Below the pieces are notes generated by a model. That model ran no database searches. It was not told where the DNA came from and saw nothing but the letters and a program-made list of their open reading frames with translations. This document shows, piece by piece, positions 18,835 through 27,494 of a stretch of 32,000 nucleotides of DNA. The position numbers and the translations under genes were made by a program. The stretch covers positions 2,896,104-2,928,103 of the forward strand of contig NC_004459.3 in NCBI RefSeq assembly GCF_000039765.1, written 5' to 3'. How positions within the stretch are numbered: position 1 is the first letter of the stretch; each line of letters starts with the position of its first letter. Origin of the DNA: Vibrio vulnificus CMCP6. Its GTDB lineage: Bacteria; Pseudomonadota; Gammaproteobacteria; Enterobacterales; Vibrionaceae.

Positions 18835-19113
18835 ATGAAATTTGAAGCAGTAGTACGTACTGAACTAGGTAAAGGTGCGAGCCGCCGCCTACGTCTTGCT
18901 GGCCAATTCCCAGCAGTTGTTTACGGTGGTGAAGCAGCACCAGTTGCAGTAGCACTAAACCACGATGACATCGTAAACCAAATGGACAAGCCTGAATTCT
19001 ACGAAGCAATCACTCTAGTGATCGGCGGCGAAGAAGTTAAGGTTAAGCCACAAGACGTTCAACGTCACGCGTTCAAGCCAAAAGTTGAGCACATGGACTT
19101 CATCCGTATCTAA
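18835..19113 (+). CDS. rplY: 50S ribosomal protein L25
   Basis: 92-aa [32 protein letters not shown]..., typical short L25. Confidence 0.96.
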   Translation: MKFEAVVRTELGKGASRRLRLAGQFPAVVYGGEAAPVAVALNHDDIVNQMDKPEFYEAITLVIGGEEVKVKPQDVQRHAFKPKVEHMDFIRI

Positions 19114-19201
19114 TTCCTCACCAGGGAATTAATCGGATTTAATCCAACCTTTTGCATATATAAGATTCTCGGCCTTACCATCCGAACAATCTAAAAAATT
19201 C

Positions 19202-19234
19202 GAAACCCCAGAGACTTACCACCTCTGGGGTTTC
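19202..19234 (+). terminator. Intrinsic terminator-like hairpin after rplY
   Basis: Perfect 12-bp stem GAAACCCCAGAG / CTCTGGGGTTTC, loop ACTTACCAC, followed by accgtttt. Confidence 0.7.
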
Positions 19235-19622
19235 ACCGTTTTATGCCCTTTCCTACGTTTATACTCTCTCCCACATCGCTGCCTTCTTTAAGAAGCACCA
19301 TCAAAACGCAAACCATCCAAAAGGCTTACTCCTTTTCATTCTATAATTTGCACTGCCTTTGCATTTTCTCTCGCATTCTCTGTAATCAGCTTCGACGCAA
19401 CTTGAAGCAACAGCACATTAATCCTGATCGACGCTTTTAATTACCGCACGCTTTCTGCTACTTTCCGCTCAATTTTTTACTCTATCACCGTTTATATACA
19501 AACTACTTGGTGTGACAGTTCGGCAGCCAATAATCCTCCCTCGACAAACATCACGAGAAACGCTTTCGAGGGTGAGCTTTTTTGGGCCGATAGCACTGCG
19601 CCAGCAAGTAGGAAAGGAATCT

Positions 19623-21251
19623 ATGAATTTTTGGCAAATACGCATTCTACCCGTCACTCTTTTGGGTGCTCTGTTATCGGGATGCGGCAGTGACAGCAGC
19701 AACTCATCCCCGGCAGAACCCAGCCGTCTAGAACCGAACCAACGCTACGATTTGCTTTATCGAGCGACCTTTGGCCCAACCCCAAATAGTTATCAACAAA
19801 TGGCGTCAGTTGGCTACCAATCTTGGTTGGATCAGCAATTTTCAATGCCCCCCTCATTCCATCTTCCGCTCTTACAAAGTTATGTGATTGAGGGCGATAC
19901 GCCCACTCAATCAGATCGCGTTGCAGTCTGGTGGCATCAGGCTAATCATGCTCCTGATCAACTGCGCCAGCGAGTCGCCTTTGCCTTGAGTGAGATCTTT
20001 GTTGTGTCACGTTATGGCGCCAGCCTCAATGGCCGTGCGCAAGAGCTCACACACTATTACGATATGCTGTTGGAACACGCTTTTGGCAATTATCGTGATC
20101 TGCTGGAAGCGGTAACTCGCCATCCCGTAATGGGCGACTACCTTTCGATGATGGCAAACCAGCACGCCGATCCGCAAAAGAACCGCTTCCCAGATGAGAA
20201 CTACGCGCGCGAAGTGATGCAGCTATTTAGCATAGGTCTGTACCAACTCAACCAAGATGGCACCCCTTTACTCAATAACGGGGCCCTGCTCCCGACTTAT
20301 TCACAAGATGACATCGAAAACTTAGCGCGAGTCTTTACCGGTTGGCACTTGGCGGACAAAAGTAATGGCAGTTGGACCAGTAAGCAGGGAGATTGGTTTC
20401 AAGCCATGGCACCTTATGCGGACAAACACGATAGCGATGAGAAGTTCGTCATGGGTGAGCGCTTCCCTGCTGGGCAAAGCATTGAACAAGATATGGCTCA
20501 AGCGATGGCGATGTTGACCAACCACCCCAATACCGGTCCATTCATCGCTCGCCTACTTATCCAAAGGCTAGTCACGTCCAACCCGTCCCCTCAGTATGTT
20601 GAACGTGTGGCTTTGGCCTTTAATGACAATGGCAACGGCATACGAGGCGATCTCAAAGCCGTCATCCAAGCTATTTTGCTCGACCCAGAAGCACTCAATG
20701 GCCCAACAGAGCGCTTGAAAGAGCCGCTGATTTCAATGGCCAATCTTTACCGTGCGCTCGAAGCCAAAAGTGCCGACCCAACCGGACGTTACCACAACAG
20801 CAATGGTACGTTTTTCGCCTTTGGCCAAGCGCCTCTCTCTTCTCCGAGTGTGTTCAATTTCTTCTCGCCGGACTACGCGCCAAATGTGCAAATGAAGGAA
20901 AAAGGCCTAGTAGCGCCAGAATTTCAGATTCTAAGCTGGAACAACTTCATTAATATCAGTAACCAGATGTGGTCTGCTACTGGAAACAGTCAATACGATT
21001 CAGAAGAGAACCCAAAGAAAATTGTCGTTAATCTCGCCCCGTTAGAAACGCTCGCGAATGATCATCCCGCGCTGATTGCCGAGCTGAGCCGACGCTTTCT
21101 GTCCGAGCAAATCAGCCCAGAACTTGCGCTCATCATTGAGCAGAACTTAAATCAGCTCAAAGAGCACCAACAAAACACCAAAGTGCGTAATGCGCTGCAT
21201 ATCATTTTGAACAGTCAAGAATTTCACACCGAGGTAAGCAACGCATGGTGA
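19623..21251 (+). CDS. DUF1800-family predicted lipoprotein
   Basis: Start MNFWQIRILPVTLLGALLSGCGSDSS (lipobox-like LLSG-C); DLLYRATFGPTPNSYQQMASVGYQSWLDQQF; NYAREVMQLFSIGLYQLN is characteristic of DUF1800. Confidence 0.85.
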   Translation: MNFWQIRILPVTLLGALLSGCGSDSSNSSPAEPSRLEPNQRYDLLYRATFGPTPNSYQQMASVGYQSWLDQQFSMPPSFHLPLLQSYVIEGDTPTQSDRVAVWWHQANHAPDQLRQRVAFALSEIFVVSRYGASLNGRAQELTHYYDMLLEHAFGNYRDLLEAVTRHPVMGDYLSMMANQHADPQKNRFPDENYAREVMQLFSIGLYQLNQDGTPLLNNGALLPTYSQDDIENLARVFTGWHLADKSNGSWTSKQGDWFQAMAPYADKHDSDEKFVMGERFPAGQSIEQDMAQAMAMLTNHPNTGPFIARLLIQRLVTSNPSPQYVERVALAFNDNGNGIRGDLKAVIQAILLDPEALNGPTERLKEPLISMANLYRALEAKSADPTGRYHNSNGTFFAFGQAPLSSPSVFNFFSPDYAPNVQMKEKGLVAPEFQILSWNNFINISNQMWSATGNSQYDSEENPKKIVVNLAPLETLANDHPALIAELSRRFLSEQISPELALIIEQNLNQLKEHQQNTKVRNALHIILNSQEFHTEVSNAW

Positions 21252-22558
21252 CTCGTCGACAATTTATCTCTGCTCTCGCCGCCACACCTTTGGTATCGAT
21301 GATAGGCAGCAAACCCAGCTTCGCTCTACCCACCAATGATTACAAAGCGCTTGTGTGCGTGTTTTTATTTGGTGGCAATGATGGCTTTAATATGTTGGTT
21401 CCGACCAGTGATGCCCATTACGATGAATATGCCCGCGCTCGGCCTGACATTGCGTTAGCTAAAGAATCGCTGTTGCCGCTGACATTGGCCACAGGTTCAA
21501 CGCTCTCTTTGGGGCTTCACCCTGCCATGAGTGAACTGCAAGCATTAGTTAACCGCGGTAAAGCGATTCCCATTGTCAACAGTGGGGTACTCGTAGAACC
21601 CACAACCAAAGCAGAGCTCGTCAATGGAACTCGCGCTCTACCGCCTTTTCTTTTTTCACACAACTCACAACAAGCTGAATGGCAAAGGGGTTGGGCGGGC
21701 AGTTCCTCCACGTTAGGTTGGGCAGGCAGAATGATGGATGTGCTTTCCAATGGGCAGTTAGAAGTGAGCCCAACGTTCAGCATCAACGGCTATGTGCAGT
21801 GGCTGAATGGTGAGAAACAGCGCGCGAATCTGATCAACCCAGATGGCATGCCCACTTTATGGGCAAACAATAATACGTTGAGGAAACAAAGCTTTGACCA
21901 AGTTTTGGCGCTGCAGCCCGATAGCCTATTTGCACAAGCTTTTGATCAGGTGAAGAGCGATTCTATTACCATTCGAGATCAGCTTTCAGCCGCGCTAGAG
22001 TCCTCTCCTGAGGAGCCACACTTCCCAGATAACCGATTGAGCCAACAGCTTCATACCGTGGCAAGATTGATCAAATCCAGTGAACAACTAGGGCATCAAA
22101 GACAAGTGTATTTCGTTGGCATGGGTGGATACGACACCCATGCTAACCAATTGGTCGCCCATCAAACCTTGTTGGCTGAGCTAAGCCAATCCCTCGACGC
22201 CTTTAACACTTCGCTTGACAACGCCGGGATCGCCCATCAAGTCACTACCATGACAATGTCAGATTTCGGCCGAAGGCTTGCCAGCAATGGCTCGGGAACG
22301 GATCACGGTTGGGCAAGCAATCACTGGGTCATGGGTGGCGCTCTGCAATCTGGTCGGATTTATGGCCAATGGCCTTCCCTCATCCTTGATGGGGAAAACG
22401 ATTTTAATCGCGGCCGAATGATTCCAACCACCTCCGTCGAACAAATCGGTGCCACGGTGGCAAAGTGGATGGGTATTCAAACTGAGCAGCAATTGCTCGA
22501 TGTATTCCCCAATCTCAAGCATTTTGCGCAAAAAGATTTAGGATTCCTTGCTGGATGA
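21245..22558 (+). CDS. DUF1501-family secreted protein
   Basis: MVTRRQFISALAATPLVSMIGSKPSFA signal; FLFGGNDGFNMLVP; GGYDTHANQLVAHQTLLAEL; SDFGRRLASNGSGTDHGWASNHWVMGGA is characteristic of DUF1501. Confidence 0.88.
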   Translation: MVTRRQFISALAATPLVSMIGSKPSFALPTNDYKALVCVFLFGGNDGFNMLVPTSDAHYDEYARARPDIALAKESLLPLTLATGSTLSLGLHPAMSELQALVNRGKAIPIVNSGVLVEPTTKAELVNGTRALPPFLFSHNSQQAEWQRGWAGSSSTLGWAGRMMDVLSNGQLEVSPTFSINGYVQWLNGEKQRANLINPDGMPTLWANNNTLRKQSFDQVLALQPDSLFAQAFDQVKSDSITIRDQLSAALESSPEEPHFPDNRLSQQLHTVARLIKSSEQLGHQRQVYFVGMGGYDTHANQLVAHQTLLAELSQSLDAFNTSLDNAGIAHQVTTMTMSDFGRRLASNGSGTDHGWASNHWVMGGALQSGRIYGQWPSLILDGENDFNRGRMIPTTSVEQIGATVAKWMGIQTEQQLLDVFPNLKHFAQKDLGFLAG

Positions 22559-22572
22559 TGTCTTGTGGATGA

Positions 22573-24201
22573 TCAGTTGCTTTCATTGGCTTTTTGCACT
22601 TGGACAACTCTTCCCTTGCCTGCGGATTTTGCTTGGTACATAGCGATATCCGCCTCGTGAATGAGGCTATCCACATTGGTTGACGTCGTCTCAACGTCAA
22701 CCGTCACTAATCCAATACTTGCGCCAATGACGAGGGCTTTGCGCTCAACAATCACTGGTATCGCAATCGTCTCAAGCAGTGCTTGAGCGATTTGGGTCGC
22801 TTCTTGCGTCGATTGATTCTTCAATAAAACGATAAACTCATCTCCGGCATAACGAGCCGCCATGTCCTCCTGACCCACAGTATCCAGTAACCGCTGAGCG
22901 ACCGCTTTCAAAAGGAGATCGCCGGTTTGGTGACCATACTCATCATTGACGGCTTTAAAGCCATCAAGGTCAATAAATAACAGTGAAAACGGCTGCTTAC
23001 GCTCCAAGAATTTTGCTATCGCTTGTCTCACGGCAGTACGATTCGGCAAATCCGTGACAGAATCATGTGACGCAAGATGACGCGCAAAACGCTCTGCCGA
23101 TTTCAGCTCTTTGGTTCTTTCTAAGACTCTAAATTCGAGCTCTTTTCGCCCACGATTCACTTCATTAGCCATGAGATTGAAGCTTTCCACCAACGCTTGA
23201 GTCTCTTTAATTCCAGTAAAACCTTCGATGGTTTCCAAATGAGAGATGTGGCTCTCCGTCATTCCTTGAATTTGTTTAGTGAGTTTCCTTATTGGCCGCA
23301 TTAGCAGACCCGAGAGCTGCCAACTTAAGATAAAACAGATGACAAAACAGGCGATGGCTACCACAAACGTCACTTTTTTAAAATCGTTGATTGCAGCATC
23401 TAATTCACTCACGGGTTGAGGAATCATAATGCCCCAGCCTAACGTCGGCGTCACAGTAAACCCAGCAATCATGTCTGCCTTCATTGCCGGTGAATAAAAG
23501 CGCTCCACGCCGGTTTCCCCTCTTAACATCCGTTTTACCACACTGATTTTGGCAATATTTTTCGCCTGAGCTTGCCACTCTTTGTTCGGATGAGCCAATA
23601 CGCTTCCGGTGTTATCGACAATAGCGGCATGCCCTTTCTCGCCAAAGCTCACCGCCTCTTGAAGCTGAGCAACATACTCATTCGCCATCGCCGCCACCCA
23701 AACTCGTCCGTATTTATCTTCACGATAGAGATAAATCGTGGGTTGAGGAAGAGACTGTGAAATCACCGGGGTAACTCGCGTGATTTGATCGGCGTTGAGA
23801 TCCAAGGTTTTGGGAAAATAGACGGGCTCACCAAACAACACTCGACGTTGCATGGTGTTTTTTGAATAACGCGCCAAAGCATGTAAATTGAGCTGCTGGA
23901 GAAGGTTAATTTGTTGGGCAGAGAGTTCATTGCTATCAAACTCATCGCTGATCGATTCAAACACCGAGAGCACATCGACGCTGTAGCGCTCTAAAGCGGC
24001 ACTCAGGTTTTTGGCAAGCAGTAAGTGCTTTTCATTCACGGCTCGATACTCTTTCTCAAGTGCATGCTGAACCGCCCAGTACGAAAAAAGCACAATAGGT
24101 ACAACAGACACTAACAGCATCACTGATAACAAAATTGCACGCAGAGAAGGTCGCAATACAGGCATAAGCGTTCCAAACATTCGCAACAAGTTCATAAGCA
24201 C
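22573..24201 (-). CDS. Membrane sensor diguanylate cyclase (Cache-like periplasmic region, HAMP, GGDEF)
   Basis: Two TM segments bracketing a periplasmic sensor, HAMP-like region, GGDEF domain SLTNRTAVRQAIA-like start and RYAGDEFIVLL motif. Confidence 0.88.
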   Translation of the reverse strand: MLMNLLRMFGTLMPVLRPSLRAILLSVMLLVSVVPIVLFSYWAVQHALEKEYRAVNEKHLLLAKNLSAALERYSVDVLSVFESISDEFDSNELSAQQINLLQQLNLHALARYSKNTMQRRVLFGEPVYFPKTLDLNADQITRVTPVISQSLPQPTIYLYREDKYGRVWVAAMANEYVAQLQEAVSFGEKGHAAIVDNTGSVLAHPNKEWQAQAKNIAKISVVKRMLRGETGVERFYSPAMKADMIAGFTVTPTLGWGIMIPQPVSELDAAINDFKKVTFVVAIACFVICFILSWQLSGLLMRPIRKLTKQIQGMTESHISHLETIEGFTGIKETQALVESFNLMANEVNRGRKELEFRVLERTKELKSAERFARHLASHDSVTDLPNRTAVRQAIAKFLERKQPFSLLFIDLDGFKAVNDEYGHQTGDLLLKAVAQRLLDTVGQEDMAARYAGDEFIVLLKNQSTQEATQIAQALLETIAIPVIVERKALVIGASIGLVTVDVETTSTNVDSLIHEADIAMYQAKSAGKGRVVQVQKANESN

Positions 24202-24857
24202 CTTAGCTGTGCTTAACGTTAACCTGCGCCAACTGTCATTTATAGAAATTATAATGATTTATAAGATACGGCGTTTAGAGGTGGCATCAAAGTCATCATC
24301 TGTAGTTCGTGTCCGCCATTCATAATTTTTATGAATAAATTTGCAAGAATCTCACTTATTAGAATAGCGCTAACGCCGCTCGATACAAATTTCATGAGCG
24401 CGATGATCCCATCTTGATCCTTCATCGCCATTCACCAACGAACAAAATCGCACAAGGGTATCAAGGCTCGCTTGAACGAATGCTTTGCTATAAGAAAAAC
24501 TCAAAATTAAAAAACGAACAAAAAATAATCAAAATACCATTGACGAGATGTTGGCCCACTTCTAAATTTGATCAGTACCTAAACAACCCACCCTCGACAT
24601 GGTCGCTGGCTTGCAACCAAACGAGGAGGTTGCTATCGACTTAGATATAGACCGATGTCGTTTAGGTTTCATTTCACGTCTCTGAGAACCGTTAGATACG
24701 TGATAAGAGATGGCGTGCCTATCTGCTCTGAGACAATGTGTTTAATGCCAAGCGATTGATTTCAAATGGCCTCCAGAGAATTCGTACCACTAACGTACGA
24801 GTAAGAGCAGTTTTACGCCTTAAACACTGCTGCTATGTATTCACGGAGGTTAGAAAT

Positions 24858-25079
24858 ATGAAACGAGCCAGCAAATCCTATCGTCTACAGCTCATAAGAG
24901 AAGTGGTGACACGACGCGAGCTGCAAACCAGTAACGACCCTATGGCGAATTACATCTATCAACTGATGACAGACAAAACGCATTCAACGCATGACGTTGA
25001 ACAAAATCATAAATTTATCGGTTGCCATTTTGATGAGCATGCCGGGGGGTGGGTAAACGATAAGTGGGGGCTAAAATAG
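24858..25079 (+). CDS. Small hypothetical protein (73 aa)
   Basis: MKRASKSYRLQLIREVVTRRELQTSNDPMANYIYQLMTDKTHSTHDVEQNHKFIGCHFDEHAGGWVNDKWGLK with good SD GGAGG 9-13 nt upstream. Confidence 0.6.
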   Translation: MKRASKSYRLQLIREVVTRRELQTSNDPMANYIYQLMTDKTHSTHDVEQNHKFIGCHFDEHAGGWVNDKWGLK

Positions 25080-25140
25080 TCATCAACGAATGCATTTAGC
25101 TCTCCTTAGTCAACAGATCTCAAAAGTGTACTAGGGAGAG

Positions 25141-25389
25141 TTAAAATAAATCTTGCTGCGGGCTTTGTACTTCTTCTTTTGTGCTTGATGGATCTTTACC
25201 CTGTGCAAGCTTACGACGATAACGCTGACGACAGAGTTTAATCACGTGCAGCTGTTCACTTGGTGTCATGTTTAGCCAGTTAAAACGCTCTTCACGTTTA
25301 CGCATGCATCCATTGCAATAACCTTTGTCATCGACACTGCAAACCCCCACACAAGGGCTGGGTACAGTGAAAAACTCCAATTGCTCCAT
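25141..25389 (-). CDS. DUF1289 domain protein
   Basis: PSPCVGVCSVDDKGYCNGCMRKREERFNWLNMTPSEQ: Cys-rich N-terminal signature of DUF1289 proteins. Confidence 0.85.
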   Translation of the reverse strand: MEQLEFFTVPSPCVGVCSVDDKGYCNGCMRKREERFNWLNMTPSEQLHVIKLCRQRYRRKLAQGKDPSSTKEEVQSPQQDLF

Positions 25390-25585
25390 ACCGCCTCCTG
25401 CTGCTTATCGCTCTCACTGTTCACTCTAATCGTATCTCCATGAGGTAAGAAAGCATTCTCTAATGAAAACATGACCATGGTTGCTTTAAACGACAAATTT
25501 TCATACGAAACTATGACCGTATTCTGACAAATACAGCGTTCGATTAACTATACTTCCCACGTTCCCTAAATTCGGAGTTAATATA

Positions 25586-26032
25586 ATGAAGCTTAGTTCA
25601 AAAACACTACTTGCTGCTATCTCAATGCCTATCCTAGTAACTGCGTGCGTAAGCAATGGTGACAACGTGAAACAATTAACAGCTCAAGATTTACAGCACC
25701 ATAATTGGGAACTCGTCAGCATTGATGGCAATGCCATTACAATCAACGAACATCAGCAAGCCCCTCGTCTTGAAGTGGGTGAAAACATGATGGCCAATGG
25801 TAACGCGGGTTGTAATAACTTCTTTGGCCAAGCCGAGCTGAAAGATAACCAGTTCCGCATTGAAAAAATGGGCATGACCATGAAGATGTGTATCGATGAC
25901 GCGATGAACACTGAACAAGCCGTCTCTCAAACCTTGTCTGACTGGAGTGATATCACCCTTACAAAAGACAGCCTAGTGTTGAAAAACAGCAACCACACGC
26001 TCACATTCACATTGAAAGATTGGAAAAACTAA
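25586..26032 (+). CDS. META domain (HslJ-like) lipoprotein
   Basis: MKLSSKTLLAAISMPILVTACVSNG lipoprotein signal; HNWELVSIDG; GNAGCNNFFGQAEL; MGMTMKMC is typical of META domains. Confidence 0.85.
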   Translation: MKLSSKTLLAAISMPILVTACVSNGDNVKQLTAQDLQHHNWELVSIDGNAITINEHQQAPRLEVGENMMANGNAGCNNFFGQAELKDNQFRIEKMGMTMKMCIDDAMNTEQAVSQTLSDWSDITLTKDSLVLKNSNHTLTFTLKDWKN

Positions 26033-26053
26033 TCCAGTTTGATCGATTTTTTA

Positions 26054-26077
26054 GGGCCGCTTTTCGCGGTCCTTTTT
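26054..26077 (+). terminator. Intrinsic terminator after the META-domain gene
   Basis: GGGCCGC TTTTC GCGGTCC followed by TTTTT. Confidence 0.75.
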
Positions 26078-26310
26078 ATTATCTCGCGACTCTATACCTC
26101 TCTTCCCCTCCTACATTCTCTCATCTTGCATCATGGGGCTTTCACTTTATTTCTCCGCATCTGTTCATAGAACCATCAAAAACTGAACAACTTGCACACA
26201 AAACTCGTAAACATTTCAATAAATTCAATTTTTTCATTCATAATGAAAGAAAACCGAGACAAGCACGGTCTCTGGTTGCAACACACAAAGCTCAACATGA
26301 AAGGAATGTT

Positions 26311-27456
26311 ATGAAACGGCTGACAACACTACTGACTGGCGCGCTACTCTCTGCCAGCGTTTTTGCTACCACACCCTCTTGGCAACAAATCGAAGAAAAA
26401 GCACAAGGACAAACGGTCTTTTTCCATGCATGGGGCGGTAGCCAAGAGATCAATGACTATCTTCGTTGGGCTGGAGGCGAACTGAAAACTCGCTATGGTG
26501 TCACGCTTAAGCACGTCAAAGTCACCGATATTGCTGAAACCACCACTCGACTCATCGCAGAAAAAGCAGCGGGGAAAAACCAAGGCGGAAGTGTTGATAT
26601 GGTTTGGATCAACGGTGAAAACTTCAAGTCCATGAAAAACAATGATCTGCTTTACGGACCTTTTGTTGAACAGCTTCCAAGCTGGCAATATGTCAATAAG
26701 ACGCTGCCAGTAGACAGCGACTTTTCAGAACCCACACTTGGGCTCGAAGCGCCATGGGGTGTGGGCCAATTGGTGTTTATTCATGATGAAAAAACACTTA
26801 ACAATCCGCCCAGTTCGTTTTCAGAAATGCTGAGCTATGCAAAGGCGTACCCGAATCGCGTCAGCTACCCACGCCCTCCTCAGTTTCACGGCACCAGTTT
26901 TTTGAAAGCGGTGCTCATTGAGCTAACTGATAACGACCCAGCATTAGCGAAACCGGTCAACGAGCAAGAGTTTCAACTCATCACTAAGCCACTTTGGCAA
27001 TATTTGGATGAGTTTCACCGTGTTGCTTGGCGTCAGGGAAAACAATTCCCAACGGACAGCGCTGAGTCTTTTCAACTATTGGATGACGGCCAGTTGGATT
27101 TAGCCATCACCTTTAACCCAAATGCGGTTTACTCCGCCCAAGCGAATGGCACGCTAGCTGAATCAACCAAGACATTTGCTATGAGCAAAGGTGCGCTATC
27201 GAACATTCATTTCCTCGCCATTCCTTGGAATGCAAACGCAACGGAAGGGGCACTGGTTACCATCAACTTCCTGCTCAGTCCAGAAGCGCAGTCACGCAAA
27301 GGCGACCTGTCGATTTGGGGTGATCCCTCTGTATTAGAGAATCAGTATCTCACTGGCAGCGCTAAAAATACGCGCCTATTTAAATCGGTTGCTGAGCCAC
27401 ATCCAAGCTGGCAAACCGCGCTTGAAGCCGAATGGCAAAAGCGTTACGGCAATTAA
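26311..27456 (+). CDS. ynjB: ABC transporter substrate-binding protein, YnjB-like
   Basis: MKRLTTLLTGALLSASVFATTPSWQQIEEKAQGQTVFFHAWGGSQEINDYLRWAGGELKTRYG; followed by ynjC- and ynjD-like genes. Confidence 0.85.
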   Translation: MKRLTTLLTGALLSASVFATTPSWQQIEEKAQGQTVFFHAWGGSQEINDYLRWAGGELKTRYGVTLKHVKVTDIAETTTRLIAEKAAGKNQGGSVDMVWINGENFKSMKNNDLLYGPFVEQLPSWQYVNKTLPVDSDFSEPTLGLEAPWGVGQLVFIHDEKTLNNPPSSFSEMLSYAKAYPNRVSYPRPPQFHGTSFLKAVLIELTDNDPALAKPVNEQEFQLITKPLWQYLDEFHRVAWRQGKQFPTDSAESFQLLDDGQLDLAITFNPNAVYSAQANGTLAESTKTFAMSKGALSNIHFLAIPWNANATEGALVTINFLLSPEAQSRKGDLSIWGDPSVLENQYLTGSAKNTRLFKSVAEPHPSWQTALEAEWQKRYGN

Positions 27457-27494
27457 TTCGACCACAACCAAGAGCAAAGGCAAACGAGAGCACG

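Noticed and set aside
19243-19440. 65-aa + strand ORF after the rplY terminator
   Set aside because: No clear SD, low-complexity composition, no recognised domain.
19440-19622. Possible c-di-GMP (GEMM) riboswitch upstream of the DUF1800 gene
   Set aside because: The conserved GEMM core segments are not visible. Only a simple terminator-like hairpin is present.
24249-24644. Two small ORFs in the AT-rich intergenic region (60 aa minus, 76 aa plus)
   Set aside because: No good ribosome-binding sites, unlikely composition, and no recognisable motifs.
26020-26310. N-terminal extension of the YnjB-like ORF
   Set aside because: The extension crosses the 26054-26077 terminator, whereas ATG 26311 has a nearby SD (AAAGGAA) and begins a clean signal peptide.
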